A stretch of DNA of 54,567 nucleotides from a virus. Position numbers and translations under genes: made by a program. Location of the stretch: positions 1 to 54,567 of the IMG/VR virus record IMGVR_UViG_3300048762_000248. One strand, written 5' to 3'. Shown piece after piece: positions 44,551 to 52,121 of this stretch; the stretch's first letter is position 1; every line of letters begins with the position of its first letter. The notes below the pieces were generated by a model. The model did no database searches. It was not told where the DNA came from and saw only the letters and a program-made list of their open reading frames with translations.

Positions 44551-45117
44551 TTAGCTTTCGTGAAAAATGTAGTCCACTTTAAATCGAAGTTCTTTCAGCG
44601 TTTTATCGTTCAAAATTGTTCGATCAAACGTGGCTCCGTCCAGCCCAATTTCAGTCAAATGCCCCGGAATACCTACGGATGCAACGCCGGGACGTTCCAC
44701 AAACCAGACTTCGCCGCCAGCTTCATGAATGGCATCTATTTCAACTGGGAGTCGAACATCCGAGACTACGACAAATTCATTTTCGGCCATTCGAGTTTTA
44801 AGAATGTTCACCCAATAATTTGGATCTTGAGAACACCGGTATTCGGTTCCAAACCACTGCAAGAGAACTCGGATTCCAGATGGAGTTGGTTTTTCGTAAA
44901 TCATTGATTGAAACGAAGAAATCACCAAATCATATCCAGGTTCCGCAACAGAAAACATCCGTTGCAATGCTAGTTGAAGAAATTCAGAACACTCATCTCG
45001 AATCGCATCCGCAACGGCAATTTTTTTGTAACCGTAGTTGTCTCCAATATAATCGGCCACTACGTCTTTTCCAGAACCACTCTTTCCAGCCAATCCAATT
45101 ATTTTAGAAACCATCAC
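44551..45117 (-). CDS. deoxynucleoside monophosphate kinase (T4 gp1-like)
   Basis: IGLAGKSGSGKDVVADYI P-loop N-terminus similar to T4 gp1 MKLIFLSGVKRSGKDTTADFI. Confidence 0.6.
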   Translation of the reverse strand: MMVSKIIGLAGKSGSGKDVVADYIGDNYGYKKIAVADAIRDECSEFLQLALQRMFSVAEPGYDLVISSFQSMIYEKPTPSGIRVLLQWFGTEYRCSQDPNYWVNILKTRMAENEFVVVSDVRLPVEIDAIHEAGGEVWFVERPGVASVGIPGHLTEIGLDGATFDRTILNDKTLKELRFKVDYIFHES

Positions 45118-45151
45118 TCATAATTAGACCACAGATTAGATATTTGTCAAG

Positions 45152-45562
45152 TTAGACGATATGTGTCGATTTATATTGGTATTGAAAAGTCTTCTTGTAA
45201 TGACGCTCTACCATTTCAAGCATGATTGGTTTGCGGACATGGTTAAATGTGTGAATGCGAACACCGTCTTTCGGCCAGACATTGTTTGCTTCCATCCATA
45301 GCAGAATATCATAACCCGTTTTTTCTTTGCAGTTCTCTGTCATCTTCAACGGGTCGCCATGTTCTTCATCAAACTTGAAGTAAGCAATGTAGTGCTCGTC
45401 TGCAAGATCGTGATCAAGAGATGCAAATTCTACTGTGCCAGTTTTGAGAATTTCAATGGCTTCATCATAGGTGTATGCCCATGTCCAATGAAGGCCGCAC
45501 TGTTCAAATGATGGTGGTTTGCGGTCAGGATCATCATCTACCCAAAGGTCTGTTGCAATCAT
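45152..45562 (-). CDS. hypothetical protein (receiver-like N-terminus, very tentative)
   Basis: MIATDLWVDDDP start reminiscent of REC-domain acidic pocket; 136 aa. Confidence 0.3.
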   Translation of the reverse strand: MIATDLWVDDDPDRKPPSFEQCGLHWTWAYTYDEAIEILKTGTVEFASLDHDLADEHYIAYFKFDEEHGDPLKMTENCKEKTGYDILLWMEANNVWPKDGVRIHTFNHVRKPIMLEMVERHYKKTFQYQYKSTHIV

Positions 45563-45966
45563 AGAGGTCGTCCTTGATCCTCCGTTTGCGCCTGTTGAAC
45601 TGATTTCAGCTTTGTCGGGTCGTATGGTGGAAAGACGAACGTGGCTCTACAAATTTGACATTTACCATCTTTGTAATAGGCATCCCACATATCGCCTGTT
45701 TCTTCGCCGTCGCCATGAAGTTTAAAAACCACGCCCGGAAATTGTTTGGACATGTCAGAGCATTCTTGGTCGTGGTCGTACCACTTTACCGAATCTCCAG
45801 TGATGATTGTACCAACTGTTATGCCGCCATGAACGTCAAGATCTTCGATATCGAAGAGAGATTCGTCACCCGGAAATTCCATTATGCTATCGAGCGCATT
45901 TTTTACAACTTGCAGATCGGCAGTGCCTTCATGAATGGTCAATGTAAAATTTGTGTAGTATCCCAT
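45559..45966 (-). CDS. hypothetical protein
   Basis: 135-aa ORF, 4-nt overlap with downstream gene. Confidence 0.35.
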   Translation of the reverse strand: MGYYTNFTLTIHEGTADLQVVKNALDSIMEFPGDESLFDIEDLDVHGGITVGTIITGDSVKWYDHDQECSDMSKQFPGVVFKLHGDGEETGDMWDAYYKDGKCQICRATFVFPPYDPTKLKSVQQAQTEDQGRPL

Positions 45967-45971
45967 TTTAA

Positions 45972-46178
45972 TTACTCCTTAGATTTGAATGATACTGGAC
46001 CATTTTTATCGTCCGAATTTGGTGACGGAATAGCGAGAATCTTTCCATATGCACGCCACCATGCAATATTGTCTTCACAAGCAAATAGCTTGCTAACGAG
46101 TTGTTCGGCTGCACTTCCAGTGGCTAGATCTTGTGAACCATCATCATAAACGATTTGAATTCTTACCGCTTTCTTCAT
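45972..46178 (-). CDS. hypothetical protein
   Basis: 68-aa ORF. Confidence 0.3.
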   Translation of the reverse strand: MKKAVRIQIVYDDGSQDLATGSAAEQLVSKLFACEDNIAWWRAYGKILAIPSPNSDDKNGPVSFKSKE

Positions 46179-46195
46179 ATCTTATTTTACCAAAT

Positions 46196-46870
46196 TTATT
46201 GCTTGGACGCAAAAAGGTCAATAGTTTCTTTTAGCTGATTGATGTATTTATTTCTGTCTTCCACAAAAATCTTCACACTAAAATCTTCTTCGCCAGCCAT
46301 AAAGATAACGATTTGTTCAGCCTTCATTCCAGTTCGCTCTTCCAGCATCAACGAGTAGCCGGTAGTTTGGAGAAAGTAAGACTTGATCCAATCTTTCTTT
46401 TTTGCTTTCGTGGCTCCCTTAAAATCAACCACTGACAAAACACCATCATATTCTGCAATACAGTCACAACGTCCAGCGACTTTGAGTTCATCTGAATACA
46501 AAGCTATTTCTTGTGCAACGATATTGTCAACTTTAGAAAGGACTCGCTTCATACGATTGAACATGATGCGAACCCGACTTTTTGGATCTTCAGGAAAGGA
46601 TACCGTCTCGTTTTTTAAGTATGCTTCTAGAACTGAATGTAAATCGGTTCCACGATTGCTGGCACATTCGGAAATTTTTTCTGCTTTTTCTTGTCCAATT
46701 CGTTTTCTCCATTTATCTAGAGCATCTTTGCTAAGAATGCTCAAAACTGTAGTAATAGAAGGATAAACGAGGCCAGTCGGAGTCGTATAGAACCTGCTTC
46801 CATCGTCATTGGTTACTGACGTGAGTTCTGGAAGTTGTACAGTGAGCGGGATGTGATTGAAACTTTTCAA
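46196..46870 (-). CDS. PD-(D/E)xK nuclease (RecB/lambda-Exo-like fold)
   Basis: GRCDCIAEYDGVLSVVDFKGATK gives D...D-x-K core; 224 aa. Confidence 0.5.
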   Translation of the reverse strand: MKSFNHIPLTVQLPELTSVTNDDGSRFYTTPTGLVYPSITTVLSILSKDALDKWRKRIGQEKAEKISECASNRGTDLHSVLEAYLKNETVSFPEDPKSRVRIMFNRMKRVLSKVDNIVAQEIALYSDELKVAGRCDCIAEYDGVLSVVDFKGATKAKKKDWIKSYFLQTTGYSLMLEERTGMKAEQIVIFMAGEEDFSVKIFVEDRNKYINQLKETIDLFASKQ

Positions 46871-47289
46871 AGTTCGTTTGATGCTTCTGCCAACAGAGTA
46901 GCACGAAGATCCGTGTTTCCAAATGCAGGAAGTTTTTCTCGAACTGCTTCTAAAATGTTGTTCAGATCCAATTTCTGTACACCATCGATGGCGCTTTGAA
47001 GACTTGTTCGACTAATAATTCCTAATTGGCACGCTCGCAAAACAGCGTGTGTGTAAACGATGTCTTCTTTACATACATCTTTGTATAACATCCAGATTCG
47101 GGAACCATAGATGTTAAGTGTATCTAATGAGAGTAGATGTGCCAGTCCACCAAGGATTGCATCCGGGTCAATAATTGGACCGGTTTTGTACAATTGTGTT
47201 AAAACGGTTATAGCGCCAGGATTTCCTTCCGACAACTTTATCATTGATGATAACGGAGAATCTGTCAATTCAATTCTTTCATTTGGCAT
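46867..47289 (-). CDS. hypothetical protein
   Basis: 140-aa ORF coupled (4-nt overlap) to nuclease gene. Confidence 0.35.
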   Translation of the reverse strand: MPNERIELTDSPLSSMIKLSEGNPGAITVLTQLYKTGPIIDPDAILGGLAHLLSLDTLNIYGSRIWMLYKDVCKEDIVYTHAVLRACQLGIISRTSLQSAIDGVQKLDLNNILEAVREKLPAFGNTDLRATLLAEASNEL

Positions 47290-47336
47290 ACTTTTATTGC
47301 TTTTATTGTATCACAATTTGAGGATCTGTCAAAACC

Positions 47337-47609
47337 TTACTTCAAGTTGTGTTGAAAATTATTTGTAATGAAAACTCCATTTTTGTAGTTATCATCTTTA
47401 TCCCTAAACAACCAATTTTTTCTCTTTGGTGTTTCTGTTGCTTCGGGTTCGGGCGCAGGTTCTTCTCTGGTTTCCAAGCCTCCAAGTATAGACATACGTT
47501 CTTTCAGTTTTTCAAAGGTGACGCCCGGTTGATTATGAATGCCTTCAAAGTGCGACTCGCAGTATGCTGAATCCAGCCAATCAAGACAATAATGACAATA
47601 GTATTCCAT
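47337..47609 (-). CDS. hypothetical protein
   Basis: 90-aa ORF, N-terminal CHYC...C pair. Confidence 0.3.
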   Translation of the reverse strand: MEYYCHYCLDWLDSAYCESHFEGIHNQPGVTFEKLKERMSILGGLETREEPAPEPEATETPKRKNWLFRDKDDNYKNGVFITNNFQHNLK

Positions 47610-47629
47610 AAATATTAATAATTTAAATT

Positions 47630-48409
47630 TTAGGACACTTCAGTTGTCGCTGACAATGAAGCGGAAAAATCCGATTCGGTCTGGTAATGCTGCTGGTTGG
47701 CGACTGTTACAAAGTATGCCGGTGATGCAATTTCAGCAAGAATAAATGATTTACAAATATTACCACGAACGATATCTTCTGGTAAAAACTTTATCATCTC
47801 AAATTCTTTAATTTTTGAAATTACAGACATGAATCTTTCCATACCGCTAGTGTCATATTTACTTTTGTAAAGATCATCCTGTTCGGTATCACCACAAACA
47901 ATCACACGACAATTATTGCCGCATCTAGTTATAACAGTCCGTGCCTCTTTATAGTTCATATTCTGAATTTCATCAATTATTAAAATGCAGTTTTCGAAGG
48001 TGCTGCCACGTAGGAAAGATGTTGAAATGACTTCAAAGACGCCTTTTTGTATTGCAACTTGATACGCATCGCCTCTCTGAAAGAGATCGTTAAGCATTGC
48101 AATATACGGAGATTCATACACAGCCATTTTTTCTTGCAAACGTCCGGGCATGTACCCCATATCCCGGCTTGGTACAGCCGAGCGAATTATGTAGACTTTA
48201 CGATACGGAGAATTTGGATTTAAGACTTCTTTGAGCGCCAAAAAAAGCGAGAGATACGTTTTGCCCGTGCCTGCACACCCGTACAAAAAAAGATTATAAT
48301 CTTCATAATATGAATCAAAACAATCTGATTGGGCATCGGTCATTGGAGCGATTTTCTTTAACCGAAAACTTTGATCCAGGGTTTCATTATTTTTTTTACG
48401 CTTTGCCAT
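47630..48409 (-). CDS. phoH: PhoH-like ATPase
   Basis: LYGCAGTGKTYLSLFLAL Walker A, DEIQN Walker B-like (IIDEIQNM), typical phage PhoH length. Confidence 0.7.
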   Translation of the reverse strand: MAKRKKNNETLDQSFRLKKIAPMTDAQSDCFDSYYEDYNLFLYGCAGTGKTYLSLFLALKEVLNPNSPYRKVYIIRSAVPSRDMGYMPGRLQEKMAVYESPYIAMLNDLFQRGDAYQVAIQKGVFEVISTSFLRGSTFENCILIIDEIQNMNYKEARTVITRCGNNCRVIVCGDTEQDDLYKSKYDTSGMERFMSVISKIKEFEMIKFLPEDIVRGNICKSFILAEIASPAYFVTVANQQHYQTESDFSASLSATTEVS

Positions 48410-48425
48410 TTGTTCTCCTATTTTA

Positions 48426-48701
48426 TCACCTTCCGGCGATTGGTGAAAACTTTTGAGATTTCATTCCGTTTGGATGTGCAGTCTTTACTCTACTTAAAAC
48501 TTCACCCCATGAACTATCCGGTTTCTTAATTCCAAGTCTTATTGAATCGCCTATGGCTGGCATACTAATGACTTGTGTGACACATTCGGTTTGATTACAT
48601 TCTGGACACGGATCTAATTCCGGCAATTTATAGTCTGACATCGGCAATTTTCGTTCAAATAAGAACTCGCATTTATTACATTTAAAGTCATACAGCGGCA
48701 T
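48426..48701 (-). CDS. FmdB-family zinc-ribbon protein
   Basis: MPLYDFKCNKCEF.FE......D....CPEC pattern. Confidence 0.45.
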   Translation of the reverse strand: MPLYDFKCNKCEFLFERKLPMSDYKLPELDPCPECNQTECVTQVISMPAIGDSIRLGIKKPDSSWGEVLSRVKTAHPNGMKSQKFSPIAGR

Positions 48702-48703
48702 TG

Positions 48704-48997
48704 TTATTTTTCTCCTGTCTTATCTAGGTAAGCTAAAAATGGTAAAGTTTTTTCCTGCGGATGAGCTTGTGGAACGGTAGCTTGGTCGGGTAAAGTCCAT
48801 TCAGAGAAAATTCTATTCATCAACTCATCATAGGATTTTCCTGGCATCCAGTATGTTATGCTATCGTCCGCTTGTATTGGAAAAGCGCCTTCAAGACCTA
48901 ACATTGCCGCAACGCCTTCAGCATCTTTTTTATTAAAGAAGAGAAAGGTTCCAGCGAATGATGATGCCTCTAATAATTCTTTGGTGGTCCGTGCCAT
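48704..48997 (-). CDS. hypothetical protein
   Basis: 97-aa ORF. Confidence 0.35.
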   Translation of the reverse strand: MARTTKELLEASSFAGTFLFFNKKDAEGVAAMLGLEGAFPIQADDSITYWMPGKSYDELMNRIFSEWTLPDQATVPQAHPQEKTLPFLAYLDKTGEK

Positions 48998-49007
48998 TCA
49001 AGACTAT

Positions 49008-49499
49008 TTAGCCTTCAGGAGCGTACCATTCCGTAAGCACTACATTTGCTTCAGCTAAGAGAATTCTCACTCGCTCAAAGTCTGGACCATAGCGTGGTGT
49101 CGTCAGCGCCCATTCTTTTTGTCGTTTTCCATCGTAGATAACTTCAATGATTCCGACTTGTATAATTGCCCTACCGCAATCCATACATGGCAGTCCTGGT
49201 AGATACATCTTACAACCTTGTAGTGGTGTTCCCACACGGGCAGCAGCATATATTGCGTTTCTGTCAGCGTGCTCTATCCAGGAATATTTGGCAGGACGTT
49301 CAAGTCGTTCAGGAACATCGTCTCGAATGCCTCTAGGAAAACTATTGTAGCCGGTTGATCGGATGTTGTGATCTGGACCTGTAATGACACACCCTACCTG
49401 CGTATTCGGATCTTTGCTTCTTGTAGAGATCGGCCCTATCATGGCCATAAAATAAGTATTCCAATCAGGTATGGTTCTCATAAAGCCATTAAACCACAA
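49008..49499 (-). CDS. dCMP deaminase
   Basis: HAERNAI-type block (WIEHADRNAIYAA) and PCMDCGRAI zinc-ligand block; annotated start is TTG, first ATG at 49481. Confidence 0.7.
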   Translation of the reverse strand: MWFNGFMRTIPDWNTYFMAMIGPISTRSKDPNTQVGCVITGPDHNIRSTGYNSFPRGIRDDVPERLERPAKYSWIEHADRNAIYAAARVGTPLQGCKMYLPGLPCMDCGRAIIQVGIIEVIYDGKRQKEWALTTPRYGPDFERVRILLAEANVVLTEWYAPEG

Positions 49500-49543
49500 A
49501 TTTTAGATTTGTCAAGCAACTAAATACAGTAATGAGGCATGAC

Positions 49544-49834
49544 ATGACCTACTCACAAGAAATTGGACGAACATTGATCGAAACTATTAATGAATTGTTT
49601 GTTGAAGAGATGGATGACTATCAATCCAGAAAAGCTGCCCGTAAAGCTCATTATGAAAAATATGTAAAAGGATGGAAAAAAGTTCCTTGCAGTGCATGTA
49701 ATGGATCGGGTCGATATGATGATACAGGTAGTCCAAAATGTGGTGCTTGCAGAGGTACTGGAAAAGAACGAATATCGCCGGAACAATATGTAAAACATAA
49801 AATGAAGACGGATTTTCCACGGTATAAAAAATGA
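49544..49834 (+). CDS. small protein with DnaJ-type CxxCxGxG zinc finger
   Basis: CSACNGSGRYDDTGSPKCGACRGTG; N-terminus MTYSQEIGRTLIETINELF paralogous to next gene. Confidence 0.4.
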   Translation: MTYSQEIGRTLIETINELFVEEMDDYQSRKAARKAHYEKYVKGWKKVPCSACNGSGRYDDTGSPKCGACRGTGKERISPEQYVKHKMKTDFPRYKK

Positions 49835-49844
49835 GGATTTTAAT

Positions 49845-50816
49845 ATGAACTACTCGCAAGAAATCGGACAAACACTGGCTGAAACACTCACAGAGTTGTT
49901 TGCCATTGATGATATCCCGCTGAATGAAATCCGTGATCTGAAAACATTGCAAGGTCACATGGACACAGCAAAAGAAAAATACGGTGAAAAACATCCGAGA
50001 TACCAAGCTCTACAAAATCTTCATGCCAAGAAAACAGCTACCGAAGCACGCAAAACCGAAAGAATGGGACGTATTAAAACTCGTCAGGAATTTCATGCAA
50101 AGCGCTATGGCTATACGCCCGTGAAGGGATCAAAGCGTAATCAATGGGTTCATGCTGGAACCGGCCATACTTTGAACTTTGGTGGTGGTCGGTCCTGGTC
50201 GCATATGAAAGCTGGCGGCAAGCGTGCGAAGGGCGGCAATGCCACTCCAATTCGTGCTTTGAGGCAACACCTTGCAAAGCTTCATGAAGAAATCGATTCG
50301 CAGGGCGAACAGTTGCAAGAAATTCGACACTATAATGTGCTTGGAAAATTGGCAAGCCAAGCGTTGTTGGCAAGCGATCCACGGAAGCGTCAAGAGCTTC
50401 AACGAATTCTATCTCTACGTAAACGAAAAATGAATCTTAGATCGGAAGCTGAATCTGCTGGTGGAAAAGCTATTGCACGAGAAAAGGCTGCAAGACAAGC
50501 TGCTGGAAGACCTCCAATGGATTCTGATGATGTTAATTTAATTCTTCGTTCATATAGTCCTGTTGAAAAAGAGCGACATGAATTTCTTAAGAAAGTTTAC
50601 GCACCGGTCAAAGAAGAAGTGGGTCGTCATAAAACCACAAAGAAAGCTGATGATCCAACCTTCAGCAAAGAATGGTCCGGTGTAAGTCGAGCGCCACATT
50701 GTGGCGGATCAGGATGTCCAACATGCGGGACTAAAATGCACCACGAAGGCGGCAGTCATTATTGTCCGTCTTGTGACGATTACAAACACAAACCACAAAA
50801 TTGCAAGTATATGTGA
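49845..50816 (+). CDS. hypothetical basic protein, N-terminal paralog of 49544..49834, C-terminal zinc ribbon
   Basis: MNYSQEIGQTLAETLTELF; ends CGGSGCPTCG...CPSCDD. Confidence 0.45.
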   Translation: MNYSQEIGQTLAETLTELFAIDDIPLNEIRDLKTLQGHMDTAKEKYGEKHPRYQALQNLHAKKTATEARKTERMGRIKTRQEFHAKRYGYTPVKGSKRNQWVHAGTGHTLNFGGGRSWSHMKAGGKRAKGGNATPIRALRQHLAKLHEEIDSQGEQLQEIRHYNVLGKLASQALLASDPRKRQELQRILSLRKRKMNLRSEAESAGGKAIAREKAARQAAGRPPMDSDDVNLILRSYSPVEKERHEFLKKVYAPVKEEVGRHKTTKKADDPTFSKEWSGVSRAPHCGGSGCPTCGTKMHHEGGSHYCPSCDDYKHKPQNCKYM

Positions 50817-50822
50817 TAGAAT

Positions 50823-51216
50823 AATGGTAATGACATTCGAATCTTTTACGAAAGGGTATTTGGCTTACACATTATCTGCTGCAAGCCGCAACGATCTGTT
50901 GCATCATTTTAGGCCCAAATACCAAGTCATTTGTCAGCACGTAACATATAAGTTTCCGGCGAAGAGTACTGATGATCTTCCACCAGCGGCACATGAAGCT
51001 CGTGTGGTTGGGTATGCAGAAGAACCTGGACTTGAAGCGTTGGTTGTCGAAATCAATGGGTCCACAAAAAGACCAGATGGAGGAACTTTTCATATCACTT
51101 TAAGTTTGGATCGGTCACAAGGCAAGAAGCCGGTTCACTCAAACGATCTGGTGAACAAAAAGTTCACACACGTCTCACCTATCACAATTCACTTAGCTCC
51201 CGCATTTCTTCAGTAG
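50823..51216 (+). CDS. 2H-phosphoesterase-like protein (LigT/Acb1-like fold, tentative)
   Basis: two H-x-T-x motifs (QHVTYKF and FHITLSL) about 60 aa apart; ATG 50823 chosen inside longer ORF 50701..51216. Confidence 0.4.
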
Positions 51217-51571
51217 TGAGACGTTTCCACATTTCAGGATCGTATTCTCGAAGGTCTTCTTTTGTTCCACCAAATCCTGAATTATCATCGAAAGGAATTT
51301 CAAATTTTGGATCTAGTAGTTCACGCACAGGGCGAAACACGTCAAAATGTTCTTCGTCGCTTGGATGTTTGATGGTCTCGATAAAGATTTGACCAAATTT
51401 TTCTCGCCAATGAAAGAAACACCCTTCTTTGGTGTTCCAGCGGGCTACAGTGCAATTCCGGCATCTTCCAAGGTAATAGGCCCCATCTTTTAAATCGGCC
51501 TTCTGTAGCAACTTCCTGCCAGTTGTTTCGTCGTATTCTGGTAAGTATTTATTTGGTTGGTTGCCCATCAT
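51182..51571 (-). CDS. hypothetical protein
   Basis: 129-aa Trp-rich ORF; overlaps PDF gene end by 22 nt. Confidence 0.35.
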   Translation of the reverse strand: MMGNQPNKYLPEYDETTGRKLLQKADLKDGAYYLGRCRNCTVARWNTKEGCFFHWREKFGQIFIETIKHPSDEEHFDVFRPVRELLDPKFEIPFDDNSGFGGTKEDLREYDPEMWKRLTTEEMRELSEL

Positions 51572-52076
51572 TTTTTACAATTTTGTACATCTGAGTCGCA
51601 CGCATCACATACAGAATACCCTTCAAATGGTCAAATTCATGTTGGTAGATGCGTGCCTGAAAATCATAAAACACCGTCATGTGCTGATTGCCTTCGGCAT
51701 CCCAATACGTACAGCTAACCTGTGGAAAGCGTTCTACATCACCTTCCACGCCGGGAATGCTTAAGCATCCTTCTCGGGCCACAATTTTCTTGCCTGTTTC
51801 GTTGATGGTATGCGGATTGATAAGAGAGATGTATTCATCTTTCTGCCCTTCTTCCATAATTCGCATCACAAAGATGTTGAGGTTCCGGCCCACTTGCGGA
51901 GCGGCTAGACCCACGCCATTCGGTTTACTCATCAGCGTTTCGATCATATCGGCGCACAATTCTTTAATGTCTTGATTGATACCCGGATTAAAGTCGGCGT
52001 CAACTGACAGGGCTTGAAGAATTTCTGCTTCATCGGCGTTCGTGATTTTGAGTACATTTAGAACCATAAACTTCAT
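51549..52076 (-). CDS. def: peptide deformylase
   Basis: all three PDF motifs: GLAAPQVG (GxGxAAxQ), EGCLSIPG, QHEFDHLKG (HExxH); start may extend to 52115. Confidence 0.7.
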   Translation of the reverse strand: MKFMVLNVLKITNADEAEILQALSVDADFNPGINQDIKELCADMIETLMSKPNGVGLAAPQVGRNLNIFVMRIMEEGQKDEYISLINPHTINETGKKIVAREGCLSIPGVEGDVERFPQVSCTYWDAEGNQHMTVFYDFQARIYQHEFDHLKGILYVMRATQMYKIVKNDGQPTK

Positions 52077-52121
52077 TGTACCAGATTGAAATCCCGTTGT
52101 CAAGGGCAGATGCATCTATTT

